64,000 nucleotides of DNA from Perkinsus olseni (Eukaryota): the NCBI GenBank assembly GCA_013115125.1, contig JABANN010000113.1, forward strand, positions 1-64,000, given 5' to 3'. The notes under the pieces were generated by a model that was not told where the DNA came from, ran no database searches, and saw only the letters and a program-made list of their open reading frames with translations. How positions within the stretch are numbered: the stretch's first letter is position 1; the number at the start of each line of letters is the position of its first letter. Below are positions 12,944 through 24,363 of the stretch, piece after piece. The position numbers and the translations under genes were made by a program.

Positions 12944-15207
12944 AGCTACCTTGGCCAGTCAGCTACATCTATCCGTCCCATCCTCTACGTCATTGGGAAT
13001 TTCATGTAGTGTTTTAACAGTTGACAGTTTCAAATTAAAACGAGGACCTCGAGTTGCGGCTCCATCTTTCCTTGACCCCTGTCTCAACTAGCAACAGTAA
13101 ACTGAGTTGCAGTGCAGTAGTGAGACTGTTCGGTAGATCCTCCACAGTGTCAAGGATACACGAAGGGAAACATCAAATACAACAACGTCACGAGCGTATT
13201 CCCAAAATGACTCTGGCGAAATTCAAGGGAAAAGTACGAACTTCAAGGGAACATCTTAGGGAATCAGGCGCATCGCCCTAGGAAACAGTCAGGGAATCTG
13301 GTTGCCGCTTCCGTCTCCGCCGGAGAGGAGTCCAGGAGTCACTCCTGGGGCTGCCAATTCTAATTATTCTTCCTCAAGGAGCCCGTAAGCGGGGGACGGG
13401 CCTAAGCCTCCTAAGTTACAAGGAGGAGCCCTTTCCTCAAGGAACTTACGGTCCTTCCTCAAGGAAAGACTCCTAAGTACTAGGGCCACTGCGTCTCATC
13501 AGTCTCAGATAATCGTCTGACCTGGATATGCGGCTTGCAGTGCAAGCCTCGCAATCGCGTGCATGAGTATGCACTCTAGATTACTCTGGAAACTTTCCTA
13601 GGAATTTTCCTGAAATTTCCGAAACTTTCCAAAAAACAGAAAAATGGGTTCTAGTGGCAGTCGAGGCCAACTCGGTGGCAGATATTGTTCGAATTCGGGA
13701 TTCCTGCGTGGGAAGAGGGCAAACTCTATCATATGACGTATCATATCGTCATATGACGATCATATCTCTAGCATCTCCAGAGTTACCTGAATGTTCTCTG
13801 AGACCCGTTTCTACCAACACCGCGTTAGAGGAACGCTGATACCAATCAACTGCACGATACGACATTCTAGATACTATAGACATTCCTTTGCGGATTAATC
13901 CAACCGGTTTTTCATGTGCGTCCGCTATGGTCCATAGTCTATGTGAGCAACCCTGAGTAGCTCAGTCTTATACTGTCGTCTCAGCCCGGCTCAACAGTAG
14001 TATTACTAATGTAGTAAGCATCATCATGCTTGCTTGTGCGTAGGGATGCGTGGACTGCCTTCCGTGAGCGAGCCGGAGGGAAAAAAGTTCTACGCTGTTA
14101 TTTCGCTATTTTTAGGTTTTCAGGTATTATTTAAGGTTTCCGGGAAAATTTGGCTCCAGGAAATTTCCGTAATTTTTTCTTCGGAAATTTTCTTCGAAAG
14201 TTTCCGCTGAAAGATCCTCAGACACCCTGTTTTAACTGCATCGTTTGGCTGAGTTAAATTGTGAAGTTACTATTCCTGCGGAAACAAGCGGAGTGGCTGA
14301 GGGGAAAAGGGTTGAGGTTCTCTCTTCCCATCAACCGGCTGGACGTGCATGAGCTTCTTTGTCGGTGTTCATGACGAGTGTCACGCAGGCCAGATTATCG
14401 CCTTCCCCATGACCATAGAGGAAGACGCAGTCGATACTGATGTGCAAGAGACCGAGCTTGACCGCTTCGTCAACTCACGTGGTGAGTTTCCCTTAACGAG
14501 AAGATTGTGCGATTGTGATGGCATAACTCTCACCTCGTCACCAACGAGATGAAACTTATTCCACCGCAAAAGTCGACACCTTAATTTGATACCATCTCCT
14601 GATAGTAATGGATAGCTTTGAAATCGGACGTTACGCTCTCTCAATAGGTGTTAACCATTAGGGAACTCAAGTCGATGGTTTAGTGGAATCCTGAGATTCT
14701 GTCTTCCATACTTGAACTACAGTAATAGGATCATCTACTAGCGTCGGCTAAGCTTAGGTTCCATAGTTGTGCACTTGCACAACTACAATAGGGCTTGAAC
14801 GCTTTCATTACATTGAAGGCCAATCCACGCACAAACTCGGGAGTTTCTTCAGCGAAGCTCTTGCGTGAGGGTGGCGCTTGTGAAGCTACCGCTGTAACCG
14901 CGGTTCTGGAAAAGCATTCTGCTGAGAGCAAAGAAAGTGCCTCGGGTCTATCCTACCATCGCGTCTGAGTGCTGCATGTCTGGCTCAATAAACTTACATG
15001 AAGTAATCCCTCGTAAATCAGGATAAATTGGTGCTACCTGACTAAGCCAGTTCGCGGCGTCAGACTCGTGACTATCACGCACGGCGCACGCACGCAAAAA
15101 GACGCTTCCGAGGCTCCCGAGGCATTGGCAAATCGTCGAAGAAGCCACAATACCGCCATTGGAATAACCTGCTCATCGGTCGAATCTCCGTGAGAAAAAT
15201 ATCGTCT

Positions 15208-17054
15208 ATGGTAAGCAGGACGCTTCGATGTGCTTGCTCAAGTTACACCGTACGTCGCGGAAACGGAAAAGGAGGCTAAACCCGTGGTTATCCGCTACCC
15301 TATGAAGAAGCCCTGGCGGAGTTATACTGAAAAGACGTATTGGGACGCTCGATATAAGGCCAGGCTTCAGGGTGAGCTACGAGGAAGATGCAGTTCCCGG
15401 AAGAGAAAGTGTTCCATTATTTTATAGAAAAAGTTCACCTTAGTCCTGCTACTGTTTAGGAAATCAACTCGACGTCACCGACCTCGGAGGAAAGGACGAT
15501 GACGATGAATGGTACAGCAGCTGTACGCTCAGTCTTCACCTCATCAAGGTCGGGCTTGCCGTTGACTATTCGCGTCACGACGGTCCTTGCAGAGGACCCT
15601 CATGTCGCTGGAATGCCCGCCAGTTCGTAGAATCCTGAACCTGGGATGTGGCCTCTCTCGACTCGGTGAAGAACTGGTCGATATCGGGCCTGAGGTCACC
15701 AAAGTCACCAGCATTGATTTCTCAAGTAGGTCATTGTTGTTCCGCACTTGGGAAGGATCGACTCTGTGGCTTCATGCCATTTCTGGGTGAGCACTAACCG
15801 TTTCTCCCATCAGAAAGCTCCTGTTGGTCCCCTTATAGCCTGCATGGGCCCTCGCGCCTGAGTCGTCGTGCATACTCTACAATCTTGGGCAACCTCCCGT
15901 GCCAGTCACGGAGTCGGAATGTCGAGGCCCTGGCAGCGCTTCTTGAATCCCAGGAAGCCGTGTGAGCAGCCCAATCCCGTTGACGCGGAGGGTAACTCGC
16001 ATGAGGGGACTGAATCATGACGGAATGATTGCTCTAGTTCATTCCGTAATCGAACTCCCTTCTCGGAAATCCCGAGTCGGAATAGCATTTTTCCCCGAGC
16101 TGCGCCGATGGTAGATGATGTCATCAAGTACTGGAACGCCCGCAACACTCGAGGCACCTACGTTGAGTGCGACGTGGCGAACATGCAGTCGGTCGTAGCG
16201 GCTCAGACGCAGCAGCTAGTGGTGGACAAGGCTTGCTTTGATGGCCTCACGAATGAGACCGCCGAGGGAATGCTTCTTGAGGTGAGTCCCGTCTCTGTCA
16301 TGCCTCAACACGTTGTGATCGCTGTACAGTATATCATTGCCAATAATTTGGGTTGGGACACTGACTGAATCAAGGGCTTTGAGATGGATAAGCAGAAAAT
16401 AGTAGAACATACGTAGAGGATATAGCTTAGTTGGCATTTGTTCGTAGCCACCGTTCTCGCCTCGCCACCACGTTTTGGCATAGTGGCCTTAATTCATCAT
16501 TATAATAAAAAAACAAGATAAAAATACTTCAACGGTCGCCGTTCTCGCTTAGCCACCAGGAGTTGGCATAGTGACCTTATTTTGACATGTTGCACTCCTC
16601 CTGTTACAAACTGTATGTTTCTGCAATTTTCTTGACCCGACTGGGAAAACGGCACATCCTGAGCAGATCGTTTCGAAGAAGATTTATGGAAGTTTTGGTA
16701 TGGTAATTCATTTTGCTCTTTCCCATGCAACCAGCCAGAAGGAAAATGATGACTTTTTCGTGTTTTCATAATCGCTCGAACTCTCTCTTCTGCCCGTGAG
16801 TGTTTCAGGTTTGCCGTGTGTTGGTCACCGAGGGAATCTTCGTCTGCATATCTTCGAGCCGCAGAATGCTAACGCGCGCAGCGCAAAGAATCGACAATCG
16901 AGAGGGATGGTCACTCGGAAGACTCGTCGCCGTTTCTGAAGTAGTCTGAGGCTTCTCGCTGCTGTTCCGAACGCTAAGTCAGGTGAAGGAGTATCGCACG
17001 GACAAGGACGACGATTATGTTTACGTTCATGCGTACCAAAAATTCACCGGATGA
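15208..17054 (+). CDS. Class I SAM-dependent methyltransferase (EEF1AKMT4/METTL13-N-like)
   Basis: YTEKTYWDARY, motif I RILNLGCGLSRLGEEL, VTSIDFS, YVECDVANM, VVDKACFDGL; ends YVHAYQKFTG-TGA. Confidence 0.8.
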
Positions 17055-17684
17055 TATCATTGCATGACCGTAGGTGTACTTTGGTCGATTGAGGGGTTCT
17101 ATTATGATTGTTGTGCTAATAGTATGATATTGCGAATAAGAAGCTGACCGGCGTTATAAAACTGAGGCTAGGGAAAGTGGATTGAGTCAATTCGAACTTG
17201 CAGAGAGTCTCGATTGAAGTCTCTTGATGACTTGAGGGCTTGGATCATGGCCGCGACCACCTCGAGCCTCTTCCCATTGCAACTGGCTCGAGGTGGACCT
17301 CAGGAAGTTTGGGTCCCAAGCTACTTGAGTGAGGGTCGTGAGGAGGGGAGCCTATGCATGTTGCCCCGATCATCTAACTTCAATAAGCTATCAAGGGATG
17401 GAGACTCACATTACTACTAGTTAGCATAGATCGTTGATTGTGGTGGCCTAACTAGGTTACCTCAAACGCCTAGCCGCGAGGCCCTGCTGGTTGCAAACGA
17501 TCGCGTGGGAGATTGTTGCCGGCCAGCAAAGAGGAAGCCTAACTAGAACAGAAATCTGGAATACCAGGCCTGTTGGGGAGTGCGCGGCCTGAGAAATCCA
17601 AAAGGAGCTCAATGCCTGTTTTGTTGTTTCTGATCAGAGAATCTCCTGAAAAGAGATCTTGGGGGGCGTTGAAGAAACCATTTG

Positions 17685-17756
17685 TGAAACTCAGAATCGA
17701 TTCTGGAACCGCATTTCACGCGTAAAAATCAATTCCAGAATCGATTCTGAGTTTCA
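17685..17756. repeat. ~70-bp palindromic dispersed element (best-preserved copy)
   Basis: Perfect 24-bp inverted arms TGAAACTCAGAATCGATTCTGGAA around a 24-nt spacer. Related copies near 12340, 18650, 20754, 25842, 38408 and 40778. Confidence 0.9.
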
Positions 17757-17852
17757 AAATCACTTTTTCCACCGGGAGATAGACACAATTTCACACCTCA
17801 GAAACTCAATACCACATCACAAAGGAAATAGTACAACTCTTATACTGAGATG

Positions 17853-18494
17853 TCACTTGTGTGTACTCGGCGACAGGCTGTCGGCGAATGAATCAATCGA
17901 GGGAAAAACTGTGATGAAATCACCATCGCCACCAGCCGCTTTCGCAGCTGTTGCGCTGATGGTGGCAAGATGTGGTACGAGACCGATAAGGTACTTCAAC
18001 ACGCCTTCGTCAGTGTCGAGATGCCAGGCCGGGTGGAGCTGCCGAATCATGGATGCTCGGCCACTGGTGGTGCTGCTGCAGAGAACACGGTGCGCAGGAA
18101 TACCAATTTTTTGGGAAATTTCCTGTCGACCGGAGTTCTCTTCCTCGTCACTGCTGGCGACCATCTCGACGACCAAATCGCAGCAACTGGACAGCTTCTG
18201 CAGGGCGGCGTAAACGGCCTCCGATCGAGGGACCCCGTCAAGCGAGACGCTGACAAGCAGCCGCCGGCCCTCGCTAGAGCGCTTGGGCTGGGCACCGGTG
18301 GGCGAGCTTGGCGTCGCTACTGCTATGCTACCGCTGGACTGGGGGGCGGGGCTTCGACCGACTCGCCAGAGAAGGAGGAAGACCGCGCCGAAGAGCAGAG
18401 TCCATGCGAAGAGGCCGAGGTTGGGCGATGCCAGAAAATGTTGTAAAGTGTCGCGGACAGCCTCGAGGATGCGAACGGTGATGAGGCCGCTCAT
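17853..18494 (-). CDS. PEX22: Peroxisomal membrane anchor PEX22 (plant/protist type), intronless
   Basis: 213 aa with an N-terminal TM helix (LGLFAWTLLFGAVFLLLW). RVLCSSTTSGRASMIRQLHPAWHLDTD resembles the plant PEX22 motif VLFCSTE.GR.SFVRQLEPDWHIDT. Confidence 0.7.
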   Translation of the reverse strand: MSGLITVRILEAVRDTLQHFLASPNLGLFAWTLLFGAVFLLLWRVGRSPAPQSSGSIAVATPSSPTGAQPKRSSEGRRLLVSVSLDGVPRSEAVYAALQKLSSCCDLVVEMVASSDEEENSGRQEISQKIGIPAHRVLCSSTTSGRASMIRQLHPAWHLDTDEGVLKYLIGLVPHLATISATAAKAAGGDGDFITVFPSIDSFADSLSPSTHK

Positions 18495-19319
18495 TTAGAG
18501 ACGAAAAACAGACGAATGCTGAGGAGCAGCGAGTGGAGATTTTCTCAGTCGCAGTCGATGCAGCGGAGTGAATCGGGTGGCTTCTTCGGGGCCGTCAATC
18601 GATCATGCTGGTATCGATAGCAACGATAAAGTCGCCCCGTTCGGTAATTCTGAAACTCAGAATCGATTCTGAGATTGATTTCATTAAAAATTCGGTTCCA
18701 GGAGAAATCCCGAGTTTCCAAAACAGTTTACTGAACAGCCCCAGCGTTAATCCCAGTCCAAGAGGAGCCCTGATGCACTTGGCTCCGCTGTGCTCGAGAC
18801 GCCCGCCTTCTTCTGGAGTCCTATACGGATTAGCACAACGTTCCCTGGGTGATGAGTCACCTGAGACACCCAATCGGCGCAGTGAGTTCGTGAAAGACGT
18901 TAAGGGACCTCTTTTCGGCGCATGTCAACAACGTCCTGAGATCTTCCCGCTGTGATTCGGCACGTTAGTCGCGCGATCTACTTCGAAGTTAGCGCTAGAG
19001 TGAAGTGAAAGTGTCAGAGTGTTTGGAAAAATTAATGTGATAAAAGCCTTCCGGTGGTAAAATGTGTGAAGAGGTGAACAGGTACATTGCTACTGCCAGT
19101 TCAACAAGACAATGCGACGCCAGTCGGTAAACTTCTCAACGTTTTCGGATGTCTGAGCTGTCCGCTCCCAAGCCTCATATCGCGCAGTGCGCAAATATCG
19201 ATTACAGTGGCGTGCGCTTTTCTCATAGCAAATATCGATCGGTCGATCGATAGGGAGCTTCGAAAGCGCGAGCCCGTCCTCAGACCTTTCAAGGCTTCCG
19301 TCAAGCTTCGACTACTACT

Positions 19320-19956
19320 ATGGGACGCGTTCGCACCAAGACCGTTAAGCGTGCTGCTAGGCACATCGTTGAGAAGTACTACAGCAAGCTTACTCTCGAC
19401 TTCCAGCTCAACAAGAAGATCTCCGAGGAGGTTGCCGTCATCCCTTCCAAGAGACTGAGGAACAAGATCGCCGGTTTCGTCACCCATTTGATGAAGCGCA
19501 TCCAGAAGTAGGAGTTCATTTTATGCTACTGGCACGACTGTAACTGTTTTTCTTCTTCAGGGGACCCGTCCGCGGTATCTCTCTCAAGCTTCAAGAGGAG
19601 GAGCGCGAGCGTAAGATGGACTTCGTGCCCGAGAAGTCTGAGGTCGACACCGAGCACATCGTCGTCGATACCGACACTGCCGAGATGCTCAAGTAAGGAC
19701 TGCCGCCAAATGCGGGTTGCCAGCTAGGCGGAGGAAGGCTGGGTCAATGGCAACGGCGTTTCTCTAATTAGCTGGGCTCATAGTAGTGGACGGTCGACAT
19801 TCACTTGTCGAAGGCAGGCGCTTCAAGCACCACTGCTCCCCTGTTGCTTCTTCGCACGCGTGTTTATTCTCCTTCTCTCTTAGGGAACTCAACATAGATC
19901 AGCTCCCCAACATCGAGGTCTCCGACCGCATGGGCTACGCGCGTCGTCGTTACTAG
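19320..19956 (+). CDS. RPS17: 40S ribosomal protein eS17 (exons 19320-19507, 19561-19692, 19884-19956)
   Basis: [21 protein letters not shown]...[45 protein letters not shown]; canonical splice junctions in frame. Confidence 0.97.
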
Positions 19957-20149
19957 ATGCTTAGTGCCCACCAGTAGCCGTCGTTGGAAGTCCTTTTCTT
20001 CCTTGGAGTATCGTGTTGTTTTACTGTTCTGTTACCAGTATGGTTAGAGCGGCCCTTGGTCACTGACGAAAGACTCGTTTTGGCTCCTACAGGAGCCTGG
20101 TAGAGTCGGTATCCTGAGACCTGGAAATGGGCGGGGAAAGTAGATGTCG

Positions 20150-20229
20150 GTATGTGATGAATGGCTCCTTTTTTTGAACGCTTGGCTTCTGATCATCAAT
20201 GAAGCGAACGAGCCGCCACTTCTGAGACC
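20150..20229 (+). ncRNA. Box C/D snoRNA targeting LSU rRNA
   Basis: C box GTGATGA 20154-20160, D' CTGA 20189-20192, D CTGA 20222-20225. TGAACGCTTGGCT before D' is complementary to conserved LSU rRNA AGCCAAGCGUUCA. Confidence 0.75.
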
Positions 20230-20243
20230 ACTAAGAATGAACT

Positions 20244-20325
20244 AATATGATGATACCCCATTTGAATACTTGCTACGCTCGACCTCCGGGTGTGACGAAT
20301 TTGCAACCACCAAGATCTCTGATTA
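20244..20325 (+). ncRNA. SNORD24: Box C/D snoRNA U24, copy 1
   Basis: C box ATGATGA 20247-20253, D CTGA 20319-20322. Guides CATTTGAATACTTGCTAC and ACCACCAAGATCT pair with the LSU rRNA segment AGAUCUUGGUGGUAGUAGCAARUAUUCAAAUG, the dual-guide layout of U24. Confidence 0.88.
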
Positions 20326-20439
20326 CTTTTAATGTGTATCCTGGTGCTCCCTGGGTTACCACGAGAAATCGTGGCGATTGTGAGCGCTTCCTAGGTTGAC
20401 CAAGGTATGATACAGAAAAGGTCGACATAGGCATTAGTC

Positions 20440-20520
20440 CTTGTGATGATACCCATTTGAATACTTGCTACGCTCGACCTCCGGGTGTGACGAATTTGCA
20501 ACCACCAAGATCTCTGAAGT
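20440..20520 (+). ncRNA. SNORD24: Box C/D snoRNA U24, copy 2
   Basis: Almost identical to copy 1 between C box (20443-20449) and D box (20514-20517); flanks are unrelated. Confidence 0.88.
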
Positions 20521-21104
20521 TCATTGATCTCCGCGCTTATCGGTTCCAAATTTACTCTCCCAGTCAGCTGAGTCGACTTGGCCGGGAGCTCCGATGCGGC
20601 GCTAGAACGAGCCTGTGTTCGTCTTGAACCCCAAGGGACAGCAAGGGATCTGTCCAGTGGCGAATTCGGACGGAATATCTTAGTGTCACTATCACAACCT
20701 CTGTTTATTCTGAACTGTGCGGCAGCGTTATGAGTATAGACCGAGCTAGTCGTGGAACTCGGAATTGATTCTGGAAACACACTTTATGATCAGTCAAAAT
20801 CAGTTCCAGGATCGCTTCCGAGCTCGGATCTATTCAGTGGAGCAGCGTCTTTGATTCGCTTCGTTGAAGTGTGGACTGTAGTCGCGGCTGTTGGTAGTAT
20901 TTCGACAACGCCCGTTGTTAAGCAAGCACCTTTGAAGTGGAAGTACTGTAGCAATCGCCTCTAGTGACTCGGCCCTCGCTGATAAATATGTAGTAGAAAG
21001 TGAGATATGCGTGCGTGTTGTTACCGTCTTTTCAGTAGCGGTCTCTATGATCTTCACTTGTAGTGCTCAGTTCCGCCCGATACCAGCTTGTCAATGACGC
21101 TCGA

Positions 21105-23044
21105 ATGACCCCAAGTTTTCTCGACGTTTTCGGAGTCGGCTACTTCGGCCCTCGAGAGTTGTGTCAATACCTCGGCCCCACCAACTCCTTCAGGCTCGCC
21201 AGTACCAACCACCAAACGCTTGCTTCGAAACTGATCAAACCTGCCAGTCACCTGCCAAGCTATGAACCGTTCAATACCGCCAACCCTCGTCCAGGAGCTA
21301 ACCCGCTCAGCTGACCGATTGAACACCCTGGAAACTAAACCGATCCCCGAGCTGATCTTCGACCATATGATGAGTCGGCTACCAGTGGATGATTGCCTTG
21401 ATCTCCTCTGTGAGTCAGTGTAAGCGCTCTCACCGTCAACAACATGCGTAGATACACTCATTTGCCGACGCTCGGCCGCAGAGGGCCGCTCAGTGGCTTC
21501 AGAGTCGGCCTTGATACCGATGTAAAATGCTCGCATCTGTCCCGGTGGAATAAGGCTGTGCGGCAAGGTTCGATCTTCTCGGGCCGATCTTGAACGAGTG
21601 GCAGAGCACAACCCGGCTCGGTCCTCGGGACAGGTTGGAAGCATCCGGAGTCGGTCACAACGACCTCCTCAGAATCATGGAGCTGCTATCAGGTTCTCGT
21701 CTGCGTTGCCTTCGGTAGCGATGCCGTGCGAATCCTGAGCCTCCTTCTGACCCTCGGCGCTGACCCTGACCACCCCCCGCCCGGCTGGCCTTACTTACGC
21801 CCGGTCATCATAGCGTCACGACGGTACCCTCCCCATAGAAGAATTTTATGATCTGTTTTTTCTCAGAGGGGACCGAGGAATTCTCGAACTCCTATTGAAC
21901 GCAGCAGACACCTCTATAGTAGGCCGCCTTGCGGAGGCATTCGTCAGGAGTGCCTTCAGATTTCCTGCTCGTCCGCGCGCCCGACTCCGCCTCTTCTACC
22001 AGCGGTTGCGTCGTGTGACACAGCTGTCTGTGCGCTGTTGTTAGCAAAGAAAGCGGACGTAAACGAGGCCGACAAGTGGGCCGAGCCCTTGCTTTGAGAA
22101 ACTCCCTGTCCTCCTGTTGAGCGAGCCAATCTTGAAAGTCAGAATATGTTTTCTCGCGTAAAATCAGTTTATCGAGCAACCCTCGTGGAAGTGCACGGTA
22201 AAAGCTCTCTTCGGTGAGGCTTACCACGCCATCCGCGGGAAACTTGGTCCAGAGTGGTGGGTTAAATAACAAACTTTTTATTCGAAGCCGTTCAGAATCG
22301 CTGGGAGTGTTCATAAGACTGCCTCTGCCGAATTTCAGGAGCGATCTCAGGATCGCGTTCAACGTGTGAGAGGCGATCCTAGGAGCGCTGTTCAAACTCA
22401 GGAAAGGTCTAGTGAACACTCGGATGAAATTACGGGGTTGTCCACTAGAGGGTGTAGGGCACCTTAAGCCGGCCCCTGAGGCAACACCCGGGCTAGCTTA
22501 TGAACAACTCAACCATCTCCATGCTGCGACCGTACCTACTTCCATCCCAATTGAGCCGGAGAGCACGAAACTTGAGTGGAATTGACACCCGTTAACTGGA
22601 GAAGGCGTGCTGGTGTTGCTCCTCCGTTGTTGCTCATAGTCAACAGACCGGAAGGAGTGTAATTGTAATACACTGTGTAAAGGCTTTCTATCTAGTTTTT
22701 CCAAGCTAACTCGCTCGAGGGAAATCGGCTAAGGCGATTGGCGCAGAGTGAGTACCAGCTGGAGAAGTACTTCATGTAGGTTGACGGGCACGACGCCCCT
22801 ACACGTCGCGACCCGTTGCTCGAGCAAACGGATGTGTGAGTTCCTCCTCTACCGCGGCGCCGATCCGAGTAGACTGGACGCAGCGGGGAGGTCTGCGCTG
22901 GACGAGGCCGATGAAGCCGAGGTTGATTCGGTGGGCAGCAGACGACCTCGCAGGGGCCGCCCGAACTGCTCTTCTCAGGTGACCGAAATCTTACGAGCTT
23001 TTTCACCGTCAACGTATCTCACTTGTTTCGGACAACGGAAATGA
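21105..23044 (+). CDS. Ankyrin-repeat protein (multi-exon)
   Basis: ILSLLLTLGADPD, GDRGILELLLNA and GTTPLHVATRCSSKRMCEFLLYRGADPSRLDAAGRSALDEA are ankyrin-like motifs. Confidence 0.7.
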
Positions 23045-24363
23045 CTACTTGACGCAACTCGCATCATGTAACATCATTGCTCCCTTATTTTTTCAATAAC
23101 CATGTGATTGAGTTTCCCAGTCTTATGAACACGATCACCCTCGAGAGAACAAGAGGGCACAATGCCATGCCTGTGTCGTTGCCAACCAGACTACCACACC
23201 ATCATCCACTCAGCCATTTCTCATTCTCATCACGTTGCACGGCGGAGCACATGGAGGCACAGTCGCTTCAAACGATTCTTTTGACCCAACTCATGATTCG
23301 TGAGAGCCCGTGGGTGGCCTTCGTGACCCAGGCTCGAGATTTTGGTGTGCTGTTCCCGGGTCTTCTACGGTCGATCGTTTCGTGAGTACCATCCTCGATA
23401 TCAGTGTGTGGCGCGCAAGCCGGCGCCCTAGGAGCGAAAAGGCGTGACTAACTGTGCCACGGGCTGGCAGCCCGGGGCCGCCTGATGCGTAGTGGACCAA
23501 TCCAATCGATTCTTTCAACGTTGTACTCGTTGCCGATGTGCTACAACTGACAAGTAAGGTTAGAGTTGTTATAGAGCCATCAGAGTTAAGCGGGCCATGT
23601 ATATGCGTACACATGAAGTTCTTAACGAGTGAACCATCCTCGAAGTTTCCCCTTTCCGCATATCGGCTCGTTCCGGCCTATCATGTTCGTTAGTCGTTGA
23701 CTTGGCCTACTATCGTTAGTGCTCCTGCGACCCCTCAGTAAGTAACGAATAGCAGCTGCTGTTGAGCCCAGCCAGCCCTCTTAATTACTCAATATTGGCG
23801 ATACTCGTGAACACGATGACCTCGATGCTCTGAGAGTGCTCAACATTCCTCGCTTGATGAACAGGGCTTATTCAACAGGCTTAACCGTTCCCCACGGAAA
23901 GATACTTGCTAGTCTAACTAAGCCGTATTGTCGGCGTTGGCCTTGGGACTCACACACACTCACAAACACAACAATTTACTGTCTAAAATTTGACTTTTAT
24001 CCAGCAACGGGAGCACTCCATAAATCGTCGCTAGCTACCACTGAAGGACTTCACTCCCTTCTCGACTAAGTGAGAACAGAACGAACATGTTATTCGCCGC
24101 CCCGAGACTTCGCGGCATGAAAGCTCTTATATGATGCGAAGAACGGAGTAAACCATCAGAAATTGACGAAAGACTGCTCAGAGAGGTGTGAGCCGCTCGA
24201 CATACGATCAAAAATCATCCGACTTGCAACCGTGACAGAGGTTGATGAACATGTTCGCAATGGTGGTATGAAATTTCACTTAGTGAAACTGCTGACCTCA
24301 AGATCTCTGACCTATCCACGATAAGATGGATCGGTCTACCTCGACGGAAGTGTTCGGAATCGT

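Noticed and set aside
14349-15148. Retrotransposon gag/pol remnant (also considered for 62300-63970)
   Set aside because: Coding-like but fragmented; no zinc knuckle, protease, RT or integrase motif visible.
20063-20128. Hammerhead ribozyme (CTGACGA ... GAAA)
   Set aside because: GAAA does not directly follow stem II, so the core topology cannot be built.
20247-20517. CRISPR-like repeat-spacer-repeat
   Set aside because: Only two 75-nt copies, which carry C/D boxes and rRNA guides; eukaryotic context with no cas genes.
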